44,704 nucleotides of DNA from a virus (taxonomy: Duplodnaviria > Caudoviricetes): IMG/VR virus record IMGVR_UViG_3300020044_007468, positions 1 through 44,704 of that record; one strand, given 5' to 3'. Under the pieces are notes generated by a model. That model worked only from the letters and a program-made list of their open reading frames with translations. It searched no databases and had not been told where the DNA came from. Positions 8,089 to 15,842 of this stretch are shown here, piece after piece (the first letter of the stretch is position 1; each line of letters begins with the position of its first letter). The translations under genes were made by a program, and so were the position numbers.

Positions 8089-9120
8089 TTAATATTTTAC
8101 TTGTGGCTTATTTTCGTTCCCGTCTCTATCTAGTACAATAAACATATCTTCAACGGTTTTTATTCCTTTTATATCGGTGTAGGGTACTGCCCAAGTCCAA
8201 GCGTTACCGCTTATATTCATCCAATTTAGAACCGTTACCGTCTTGCCGTTAAACGATTTAACGGGATACCATGAACCGCCATATTTTACGTGTGTACATT
8301 TACGCTCTTTTAAACTTTCTTTCGTGTGTATCTCAATACCACAAGTCAATAATTTATCTTTGAAAAATGCCAACTTGTCGTTCTCTTCATTGATTCGGTT
8401 TGTGTATCTTATAGCTTCGCTTTCGTTCAATGTTGCAGGGTTGTTTTTCGTAGTTATTCCGCCCGTTGTCTTACATACAAATCCAATTCCCGACAAATAG
8501 CGGTTTAATTCTCTTAGTTTTGCTTCACATTCTTTAATCCTATTCCCCAAATAGATAGGGTTTGAGTATTGCGCCCCTTCTGCTGTGTATTTGGCAGTTT
8601 GCGCTCTATCGCTGTAGTATTCCGCTTTCTTTGATTCTTCTACACATTTGCCCATCCTTGCAAAGTTTCTTTCTATTAACGCTCTGTGTCTTTTTTCGCT
8701 GTGATGTCCTATTTTAATCGGTTCGCCTAAACTTAAAAAGTCTTTGCCTTCGTTTGAGGCTTCCCAAAATTGGTTGCTTTTCTTTTCTGCGTTCTCTGCT
8801 CTTGCTTCAAATCGTTCCGCTCTATTTTGCGCTTTATCTTGTTGAATTTCTACCTGTTCTGCAAAACTCAATTTTTCGCCCTGTTCGCCTTCAAAATTTG
8901 CGCCTAATTGCTTACATACATTCTCTGCGCTCCAAGTGTTATTTTTCGCCCTGCTTACCCATGCACCAGCGTAAGAGGAAAAAAGAAAGTTACTTTTAAT
9001 TTGTTTTTTGTCTGCTTCGCTCATGTTCATGTAATCGGATTTTTCAAATCTTAATTCAATTTTGCCCGTTTCGAGGTTTTTTAAATAGGAACGTGTTTGC
9101 GTTGTGGTTGCTGTGTTCAT
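8089..9120 (-). CDS. DUF3560 domain protein
   Basis: RAERFEARAE...LGEPIKIGHHSEKRHR signature. Confidence 0.85.
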   Translation of the reverse strand: MNTATTTQTRSYLKNLETGKIELRFEKSDYMNMSEADKKQIKSNFLFSSYAGAWVSRAKNNTWSAENVCKQLGANFEGEQGEKLSFAEQVEIQQDKAQNRAERFEARAENAEKKSNQFWEASNEGKDFLSLGEPIKIGHHSEKRHRALIERNFARMGKCVEESKKAEYYSDRAQTAKYTAEGAQYSNPIYLGNRIKECEAKLRELNRYLSGIGFVCKTTGGITTKNNPATLNESEAIRYTNRINEENDKLAFFKDKLLTCGIEIHTKESLKERKCTHVKYGGSWYPVKSFNGKTVTVLNWMNISGNAWTWAVPYTDIKGIKTVEDMFIVLDRDGNENKPQVKY

Positions 9121-9152
9121 TTTCGTTTGGTTTTTGTGGGTTTAAAAATTAT

Positions 9153-9365
9153 TTATCTTAAAATTATTCCTTTGTTTGTTAATACTTTAAATTGAATTTT
9201 TGTTATTGTATTTTGTGAACTGTCCCCCCTGAATGATACGCCCATAAAAGAATCTTGTTTTATATCGCCTTTATTTACAGTTAGTAGTTCATTGTTTATC
9301 TCTACGGTATCGCCTACTCTTAATTGAGATATTGGAACTTTAGTTTTGATTATATTATTTTGCAT
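9153..9365 (-). CDS. hypothetical early protein (small beta-barrel-like)
   Basis: ISQLRVGDTV...FMGVSFRGDS. Confidence 0.65.
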   Translation of the reverse strand: MQNNIIKTKVPISQLRVGDTVEINNELLTVNKGDIKQDSFMGVSFRGDSSQNTITKIQFKVLTNKGIILR

Positions 9366-9394
9366 TGATTAAAAATTTGAATGTGAATATTATT

Positions 9395-9820
9395 TTAGTA
9401 GTCTACTAGTTCTCTTTGTTCGTTATAAATTGCCATTACTTCCGCTTCTGTATAATCGTTTCCTAATGCTTGCAAAGCGTCTGTTATATCGCCTGTATAA
9501 TAGCTTTCATAATTGCTTAGTTCATACACAATCTTTGCTTTTCTTAATTCCGCTTTGCCTGCTTTTATTTCGTCTTTATACCATTTTTTAATATCTTTCA
9601 TACCATCTTTAAACATTTTTACATTACCTTTAGGCAAATAACCGCCTGCCCCAATTGACACATATTTTTCACCCTCTTTTAATGGTGTTTTATTCTCTGT
9701 GAATTGTTCGTTTGAGAAGGCAAAGAACAAACCGCATTTATTAAATAAATCTGTGTGTTTTTGCTCTTGTATTTGGTTTAATTCTCTTAATTTTTCGGAG
9801 TTTTTAAGTGTGTTTTTCAT
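9395..9820 (-). CDS. conserved mobile-element protein (FFAFSNEQF motif family)
   Basis: FFAFSNEQF...SIGAGGY...YELSNYE. Confidence 0.65.
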   Translation of the reverse strand: MKNTLKNSEKLRELNQIQEQKHTDLFNKCGLFFAFSNEQFTENKTPLKEGEKYVSIGAGGYLPKGNVKMFKDGMKDIKKWYKDEIKAGKAELRKAKIVYELSNYESYYTGDITDALQALGNDYTEAEVMAIYNEQRELVDY

Positions 9821-9854
9821 TTCGTTTTATTTTATGGTTTGTAAATTGGTTTAA

Positions 9855-10019
9855 TTATTTGCTTTCCTTTACTGTTAATATTTTGATGTGTTCGTATTCA
9901 TTATACAGCATTAGATGTGCTTCGCTTTGGCTTGTGGCTTGTACTTTAGCGGTAAATTTTACCGTCTTACCTATTGCACCAACTTTGCGCCCTGTAAATT
10001 TAAAAGTGTACGTTTTCAT
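9855..10019 (-). CDS. 54-aa hypothetical protein (missed by track)
   Basis: MKTYTFKFTGRKVGAIGKTVKFTAKVQATSQSEAHLMLYNEYEHIKILTVKESK fills the gap in the array. Confidence 0.7.
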   Translation of the reverse strand: MKTYTFKFTGRKVGAIGKTVKFTAKVQATSQSEAHLMLYNEYEHIKILTVKESK

Positions 10020-10027
10020 GGTTGAAT

Positions 10028-10354
10028 TTATTTGATTGTGAAATTAAGTTTTTTAGCGTGTTCTATTCCTTCTAACATTGTTTCCTTAGAACGTTCATAA
10101 TCGAAATACATTCGTGCTTCGCTTGCCTCTGGTGGGCGTGTATCTGTGTGTAAATTGGAAATCATTTCTTTATTTATTCCAACACGTTCAGCAATTACAA
10201 TGTTTTTAAATGTGTGTACATAATGGTCTTTACTATATTTGTACACTCTAAAGTCACCCAATGAATAAACGGGAGTAGATGATATTTCCATAAATGGGTT
10301 CTTTTCTAATGAAATTGAAAAAGGGTTTAATAATTTAATTTTTTGTGTGTTCAT
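10028..10354 (-). CDS. hypothetical early protein
   Basis: ATG ORF, ACCATG context. Confidence 0.7.
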   Translation of the reverse strand: MNTQKIKLLNPFSISLEKNPFMEISSTPVYSLGDFRVYKYSKDHYVHTFKNIVIAERVGINKEMISNLHTDTRPPEASEARMYFDYERSKETMLEGIEHAKKLNFTIK

Positions 10355-10388
10355 GGTTTTTCGTTTGTTTTTAAGGTTTAAAATAAGT

Positions 10389-10434
10389 TAGTGCGACATG
10401 AGCGAAATGTATAAGGGCGTTAGCCTTCGCACTA
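10389..10434. other. structured intergenic element (predicted three-way junction)
   Basis: Closing stem TAGTGCGA/TCGCACTA enclosing two short hairpins. Confidence 0.5.
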
Positions 10435-10443
10435 GTGTAGAGA

Positions 10444-10638
10444 TTAGATTAAATGAAATTTAGAAATAAAGTAGTTTCTTTTATTTACAAATCCGTTCCA
10501 TGTTTTGAAGGTGAATAATTTAGCGTTGAACATTAAACAAAATCTATTTAGGTGTTCGCTAAAGAAACATTCTAGTAAATCGGATTCACTTTTAAATTCT
10601 TTCGGGCTGTCTATTAATTCTTGTTTTTTCGTTTTCAT
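10444..10638 (-). CDS. hypothetical early protein
   Basis: ATG ORF, ACCATG context. Confidence 0.6.
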   Translation of the reverse strand: MKTKKQELIDSPKEFKSESDLLECFFSEHLNRFCLMFNAKLFTFKTWNGFVNKRNYFISKFHLI

Positions 10639-10695
10639 GGTTTATATTTTTACTTGGTTGAATGTAATTTCACTATCGTTCGCACTAGGAATGTA

Positions 10696-11304
10696 TTATA
10701 ATAAAGAAAAGTTATTTAAAATTGAAGTGTTTATACTTTTATCCATATTTAATTTAAATCTATATACCCACTTTGCGTCTGAAAATTCATTTGAGTAAGG
10801 TATATTTTTTGCATTTAGATAATCTTTTAATTTTTGTATCGCACTTACTACTCCAGATGTTGCCCAAAAAGCAAATATCCCTATACCGTATTCAGTAGAG
10901 TAGAAGCCGTATTTTATTAGAGTAGTACATATACTATCAGAATTAAAATTTGCTTGTATTTGGTCTAATAATTCTGTTTTACTATACATATTGCTTGAAT
11001 GGTGCATGTATGCGTACTCTCTTTGGACTTCTGACATTTCGCACCATTTACTCCCGTATCTACCATTATACACCAATGGATTAGGCTCTTTATATTTAGT
11101 CGTGAACGCAGTAATAAACGAGCGCAAAAATTTATCTGTTGCTTTTGGGGTTGTCCATTTAAAATATATTTTTCTATCTGTTAGTGGTAATACAGTATAA
11201 ATAAAATAATCTTTTTCAAATTGCAATTCAGTATCTAAAGTATCAATTTGCAAATTTCTATTTGTAATGTTTTGGATTAGTTTAATAAAATTGTTTGTGT
11301 TCAT
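10696..11304 (-). CDS. hypothetical early protein
   Basis: 202-aa ORF, ACCATG context. Confidence 0.75.
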   Translation of the reverse strand: MNTNNFIKLIQNITNRNLQIDTLDTELQFEKDYFIYTVLPLTDRKIYFKWTTPKATDKFLRSFITAFTTKYKEPNPLVYNGRYGSKWCEMSEVQREYAYMHHSSNMYSKTELLDQIQANFNSDSICTTLIKYGFYSTEYGIGIFAFWATSGVVSAIQKLKDYLNAKNIPYSNEFSDAKWVYRFKLNMDKSINTSILNNFSLL

Positions 11305-11335
11305 GGTTTAAGTTTTAAAGGGTTTGATTAAGGGA

Positions 11336-11650
11336 TTAATTATTCATTTTATTAATTGTGTGCATTATTTCTTTAGCTGTGAAAAAATCATTTATAAATG
11401 TATCAGTATCATAAAATTTTTCTTTTTGCCCTATATTATTATAGCGATATAGTTCCCTTGTTATTGGTTTATTTGCGTGCCCGCTAATATGGTAACAGTC
11501 TTTAGAATAACTAAAGTTTTTCGGCTCTATTGTTATATTACCATTACTTGCGCCTATACATTGCACTTTACCATTGAATACAAATCGAATAGGAGTGAAG
11601 CCCAAAGATTCTAATTGATTCCAGCATTTTAATTTAGTGATGTTTTTCAT
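11336..11650 (-). CDS. first gene of the early arm, hypothetical (start MKNITK)
   Basis: A-rich leader before the ATG at 11650. Confidence 0.6.
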   Translation of the reverse strand: MKNITKLKCWNQLESLGFTPIRFVFNGKVQCIGASNGNITIEPKNFSYSKDCYHISGHANKPITRELYRYNNIGQKEKFYDTDTFINDFFTAKEIMHTINKMNN

Positions 11651-12021
11651 ATATGTTTTTTTTAAGTGGTTTAATTTTGATAACGGGTGCAAGATACAAA
11701 GGTATTTGATACTTGTATACATTCATTTGTTAATATGTGGTTATGGTTAACCAAACACAATACTACAAAGGATTACAAGGGAATAAACACTAAACAATAA
11801 ACATACATTTTAACAAATAAATTAACAAAACTTAAATCAAAAAATCATTTTAAAACACCCCTTTTTTTTAAACGCCTTGAGCCCTTCAGGGCGAAAGAAT
11901 ACGAAGCACATAAACAAAACAAACCATAAAACAAAATTATTAAGTCAAATAATTATGTGACCTAACTATAAACAAGTCACAAATAAATATGCCCACCAAC
12001 ACAACATGTCACACTAATAAA

Positions 12022-12059
12022 GTTAGACTAATCTAACAAATAAGTTAGACGCATCTAAC
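12022..12059. promoter_or_regulatory. tandem operator-like palindromes GTTAGA-N4-TCTAAC (x2)
   Basis: 12022-12037 and 12044-12059, 22 bp apart. Confidence 0.55.
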
Positions 12060-12195
12060 TTTTATAATCCATTCACAAACATATACATAACAACTTTGCT
12101 CAATTTTTTAGCAATACCAAACAACCACAATGTAAAAATGTACGTTTTAGGCGTAAAAATAGACGTGTTTTATGGGAAAGTAGTATAGTTGGATG

Positions 12196-12491
12196 TATAA
12201 CCTTGATTATCAATGTGTTATAAAGCTTATTTAAAGTATAGAATCAACTAACTTTATTTAATTATAGTTGCTAACTTGCTTATAATCAATTAGTTATACG
12301 ATATACATAAACTAGTTGTTTAATTATGTCTAGTATGGCTTGTAGCCTTTATAATTGAATAGTATTAGTTTAATTCATAACACATTGAATATCAGTATAT
12401 TACAACAACTTACTTAAACAATAGGATTAATATATAAATATCAGTATTAGTAAAGTATTTAGTAATTAAGTTATTGATTATCAATATGTTA
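12196..12491. repeat. four dispersed 25-bp quasi-palindromes TAA-N4-TTGATWATCAA-N4-TTA
   Basis: Copies at 12196-12220, 12272-12296, 12378-12402, 12467-12491. Confidence 0.7.
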
Positions 12492-12839
12492 TACGATTAA
12501 ATTAAACAAATGAATCAAGTATATTGAATCTCATTAATCAATTCAGTTTGTTAGCTTGTGTACTGGTTCAATGTTGGTTTGTATGATACTTCAACCATAG
12601 CACACAACACAGCAAGGAACAACGATTAAATCATAATACACTAATCATATACTATACTGCTCACGATTGCAAACAAGCCATGTATATAACGAATCATACT
12701 AGCTTAGTCTATGTTATGTTAGTAGTTAGCTGGTGCAATGGCAGCACCACCACAACTACAAGCATAAACCTAAAAACATATTGAAACTTAATTCGGAATC
12801 AAGCCCCCCGTATCCGAAACTTTAGCACTTTCCTTTTTG

Positions 12840-13020
12840 ATGTGCGATTGCTATGTGGGGGTGTTCCCTAAAGGTTCTACTTGTGTAATATCAAAAATAT
12901 CTCATCCCTAAACAATGCACTTATGCGATATTACTTTTCCTCTCCTAATGATTCCATTTATGTGATATAATTTTTTACTCCCCTAAATGCTAAAGTTGTG
13001 CGATGTTACTTTTTACTATA
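12840..13020 (+). repeat. five degenerate 37-41 bp tandem repeats (TTRTGYGAT...CCTAA)
   Basis: Units start at 12840, 12881, 12921, 12958, 12996. Confidence 0.7.
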
Positions 13021-13027
13021 TGCAACT

Positions 13028-13055
13028 ATTTGGGTTCATAATTATTATGTTAAAT
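13028..13055 (+). other. dif-like site (perfect XerD arm)
   Basis: ATTTGGGTTCA-TAATTA-TTATGTTAAAT. Confidence 0.4.
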
Positions 13056-13106
13056 ACGATTTATTAAAAAACTTTAAAATTTATTTTGTTGTTTTGATTT
13101 TATTTC

Positions 13107-13199
13107 TATCTTTGTGTTCTCGCATTGGTGTAATGCCAATTTCTCTTTCTTAATATATAAGTTTAGCCCCTTGTTTTAACGCAAGGGGTTTTTCTTTTT
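13107..13199 (+). ncRNA. candidate ~80-nt small RNA (promoter TATCTTTG plus intrinsic terminator)
   Basis: -7 box at 13107-13114; stem AGCCCCTTG/CAAGGGGTT at 13165-13190 plus T-tract; only a 6-codon ORF inside. Confidence 0.45.
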
Positions 13200-13335
13200 A
13201 TAGTCTGTTAAGATAGAGAAGGAGTTACTTTTTTAGCTCAATGGTAGCAAGGGTTTCAGCTTTCTAATTTCACATAGTTGTTTTGATTTTGTAACATTAG
13301 TGTGTATTATATTAGGTTTATTCGATTGTAATTTG

Positions 13336-13343
13336 TATATTTG
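13336..13343 (+). promoter_or_regulatory. Bacteroidota -7 promoter box TATATTTG
   Basis: Upstream of YopX. Confidence 0.6.
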
Positions 13344-13365
13344 TGCTTAACTAAATGTATAAAAA

Positions 13366-13761
13366 ATGGTAAAAGAATTAAAATTTAGAGGTTGGGATTT
13401 GGATAATAAAAAGATGTTGCCTGTTATTATGATTAATTTTAATGATGGGTCAGTTTCATTAGATGGTGGTGTAAATAATTGCCAATGTATTCTTATGCAG
13501 TATGTTGGAGTTGTAGATAAAAATGGTAAAGAGATTTATGAATCGGATATTCTAAAAGGTCATGATGGTTTTATTTATAGAGTATGGGCTGTTGAAGGTG
13601 GGTTTGCAGTAAATGTTCATGTAGATGTTTTCAAGAATGATATTAAAATGGGTTATCCATTTCCTTTACAGCCATTAGCTGACGAACAAACTGTATCGTA
13701 TTTTAAATCATCATGTGAAGTTATTGGGAACGTTTATGAAAATAAAAATTTGCTTTTATAA
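13366..13761 (+). CDS. YopX family protein
   Basis: ELKFRGWD...LMQYVGVVDKNGKEIYESDI...EVIGNVYEN. Confidence 0.9.
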   Translation: MVKELKFRGWDLDNKKMLPVIMINFNDGSVSLDGGVNNCQCILMQYVGVVDKNGKEIYESDILKGHDGFIYRVWAVEGGFAVNVHVDVFKNDIKMGYPFPLQPLADEQTVSYFKSSCEVIGNVYENKNLLL

Positions 13762-13780
13762 ATACTTATTAGTATATTTG
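13749..13780 (+). promoter_or_regulatory. promoter for HNH gene (TTTG-N20-TATATTTG)
   Basis: -33 element lies inside the YopX 3' end. Confidence 0.65.
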
Positions 13781-13802
13781 TATTTTAATAAATTTCATAT
13801 AT

Positions 13803-14381
13803 ATGAAAACAATAAAGGAATGTTTATTTTGTCATAAAGATTTTGTAAAGCCAATTTATACGTCAAAAAAGCAATGGGAAAAATCTAGATATTGTTCTAT
13901 ATACTGTTCATCAAAATCAAAGGAAAATAAAAAAATAGCAATTTGCGATTATTGTAAAAAGGAATTTAATACACGCCCATCGCATTTTAAAAGGAAAATA
14001 ACTCATTTTTGTTCGCAAAAATGTTACTCATTATATAGAAAAGAAATATTGTCGTTTACCGAGCAACCAAATTATAGGGGGATTAGAAAGGAGGGAGATT
14101 CAAAGCAAATATATCATAGAAATTACTGCAATACTCATAAGACCAATATTGCGCACTTAAAAGCGAGGAGATATGCTAGGGAAAAAGGGGCAGTTGGGTC
14201 GCATACTTTAATTGAGTGGAATAATTTAAAAATTTTATTTAATAATAAATGTGCGAAATGTAAGGAGCGAAAAAAATTAACAAAAGACCATATTATCCCT
14301 TTATCAAAAGGTGGTACTGATTTTATAGAAAACATACAACCACTTTGCTGTAATTGCAATAGCAAGAAATGGGCAAATTAA
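13803..14381 (+). CDS. HNH endonuclease with N-terminal zinc-binding repeats (putative homing endonuclease)
   Basis: CxxC/YCSxxC repeats; CAKC...DHIIPLSKGG...NIQPLCCNCNSKK. Confidence 0.9.
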   Translation: MKTIKECLFCHKDFVKPIYTSKKQWEKSRYCSIYCSSKSKENKKIAICDYCKKEFNTRPSHFKRKITHFCSQKCYSLYRKEILSFTEQPNYRGIRKEGDSKQIYHRNYCNTHKTNIAHLKARRYAREKGAVGSHTLIEWNNLKILFNNKCAKCKERKKLTKDHIIPLSKGGTDFIENIQPLCCNCNSKKWAN

Positions 14382-14412
14382 CATTCACGAAAATCCTAAA
14401 CTATTAAAATAA
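14380..14412 (+). pseudogene. stranded second copy of the YopX C-terminus
   Basis: Encodes NIHENPKLLK* versus the in-gene NVYENKNLLL* (13729-13761). Confidence 0.75.
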
Positions 14413-14416
14413 TTAC

Positions 14417-14956
14417 ATGGGAAGTCAAGTATATAAACAAGAATTAACTCTAAGGCATAATGAATTTGCAACTATTGTTAATAGGGAAACTGGCGAAACT
14501 AGGGAGGTTAAGAAAAGAGCTTATAGTAATTTAAAAGTTGGTGATGATTTGATTTCTAAGACTGAACCATTTAAAAAGGATTTCAGTAGGTCGTGGGATT
14601 ATATTTGGGATGAACTATCTGCTTTAGAGTTACGTGCTATGGTTAAGATGGTATTGATGGCTAAATACAAAACCAATTCATTGGAACACTTAAATGATAA
14701 AACTACACTGCATGAATTGTCGGATACGCTAGGAGTAAGTATAAATAAAGTCAAGGGGGTATTGGAGCGTTTATATCATTTTGGGGTGTACCGTAAGTAT
14801 GAAGTTGTAGATAAAAATAACCCACATACTAAATTTTGGGTATTGAACCCTTACTTATCGTACTCTGGTGGAGTAATCAAAGAAGAATTGTCAATCCCAT
14901 TTAAAGATACAATGATTGCTAGAGTGTATAAATTAGGTAACGAAATAAAACTATAA
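14417..14956 (+). CDS. RepL-like winged-helix replication/maintenance protein
   Basis: NRETGE near the N-terminus, central HTH (LHELSDTLGVSINKV), WVLNPY. Confidence 0.5.
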   Translation: MGSQVYKQELTLRHNEFATIVNRETGETREVKKRAYSNLKVGDDLISKTEPFKKDFSRSWDYIWDELSALELRAMVKMVLMAKYKTNSLEHLNDKTTLHELSDTLGVSINKVKGVLERLYHFGVYRKYEVVDKNNPHTKFWVLNPYLSYSGGVIKEELSIPFKDTMIARVYKLGNEIKL

Positions 14957-14958
14957 AT

Positions 14959-15207
14959 ATGACTATTACATTTAACGAAGCCCGTATTATTGTCAGATTT
15001 GCTAAAAGTGCATTATCTGATATGTCTTTATTTGAACCCGATATAGAATTATTGATTAATGTAAATACTGCGTTCCCAGAACTTATTTCAACTAAAGAAA
15101 TAATAGATATGGCAACAAAGGCTAATGTGAATAACCCATTATACAATACTACGGGTTTCTTTAATGATGGTGAAAATGGTATACCTTCTAACTATATTCA
15201 ATGGTAA
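14959..15207 (+). CDS. hypothetical protein
   Basis: Packed ATG ORF. Confidence 0.6.
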   Translation: MTITFNEARIIVRFAKSALSDMSLFEPDIELLINVNTAFPELISTKEIIDMATKANVNNPLYNTTGFFNDGENGIPSNYIQW

Positions 15208-15239
15208 TTTTGTATAATTCCCTACTAATTTCTCAATAA

Positions 15240-15470
15240 TTAGTAGTTTTTATTATAACATCTAAATTTGAAATAACAATCCGATTCTTCGGTGTTTATG
15301 TTTTTAGGCATTCTATGTTCATTAGTAAAAAAACCTAAAGAAGATTCAGATATTTCTTTCCTTGTAAGTGGTGGTGGTTCAATAGTATCAGTAATAAAAT
15401 TTGGTCGAGTTGCTATTTGCGATTGAATAGAATTATTAAGCGCAAGTAAAGATATTATAATTGGGAACAT
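15240..15470 (-). CDS. counter-oriented hypothetical protein
   Basis: Hydrophobic N-terminus; minus-strand TATTTTTG box at 15487-15494. Confidence 0.45.
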   Translation of the reverse strand: MFPIIISLLALNNSIQSQIATRPNFITDTIEPPPLTRKEISESSLGFFTNEHRMPKNINTEESDCYFKFRCYNKNY

Positions 15471-15552
15471 TTTATTAATATTTCATCAAAAATACTTCTT
15501 TTTCTCAATTATTTGCATATATTTGTGCGATAATTTAATTAAATACAATAAA

Positions 15553-15834
15553 ATGTCAACATTTATAAAAGAATTTGAGCATAGAGGTTATTCTGTTATT
15601 CAGAAAGTTGAGTTGAATAGTACAGATACGGTTGACGATAAAAAGCATACAATAACTACTTCGTGTATAGCAGTTAAAAATTATTTGGTCAAGGATACTG
15701 CGCAGTCCCATATGTTAGAAACATATATCAATGAACAATTATATGATGCACTTGCTTACATAGATAAGTTTATGGATACTCCGACAACAGAAGTTGGTAT
15801 ATTAGAAAAACTAGGATTTACAGAAACAAAATAA
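15553..15834 (+). CDS. hypothetical protein (start MSTFIK)
   Basis: TATATTTG at 15518-15525 precedes the ATG at 15553. Confidence 0.65.
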   Translation: MSTFIKEFEHRGYSVIQKVELNSTDTVDDKKHTITTSCIAVKNYLVKDTAQSHMLETYINEQLYDALAYIDKFMDTPTTEVGILEKLGFTETK

Positions 15835-15842
15835 AATTAAAT

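Larger units (their letters stand above)
11651..13365. other. large non-coding divergence region (candidate genome terminus, origin or control region)
   Basis: No long ORF; coding strand switches here; dense in repeats and palindromes. Confidence 0.75.

Noticed and set aside
10389-10434. Hammerhead ribozyme
   Set aside because: Three-way junction lacks the CUGAnGA core on either strand
4932-11304. Kozak-like ACCATG start context as a eukaryotic signal
   Set aside because: A at -3 with A-rich, SD-less leaders is the known Bacteroidota initiation pattern
12840-13020. Possible CRISPR array
   Set aside because: Repeats are short and degenerate, the period is ~39 bp with no repeat-spacer structure, and no cas genes are present
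13226-13300. tRNA-like TAGCTCAATGGTAG (D-arm-like)
   Set aside because: No T-arm (GTTCRA), anticodon stem or acceptor pairing
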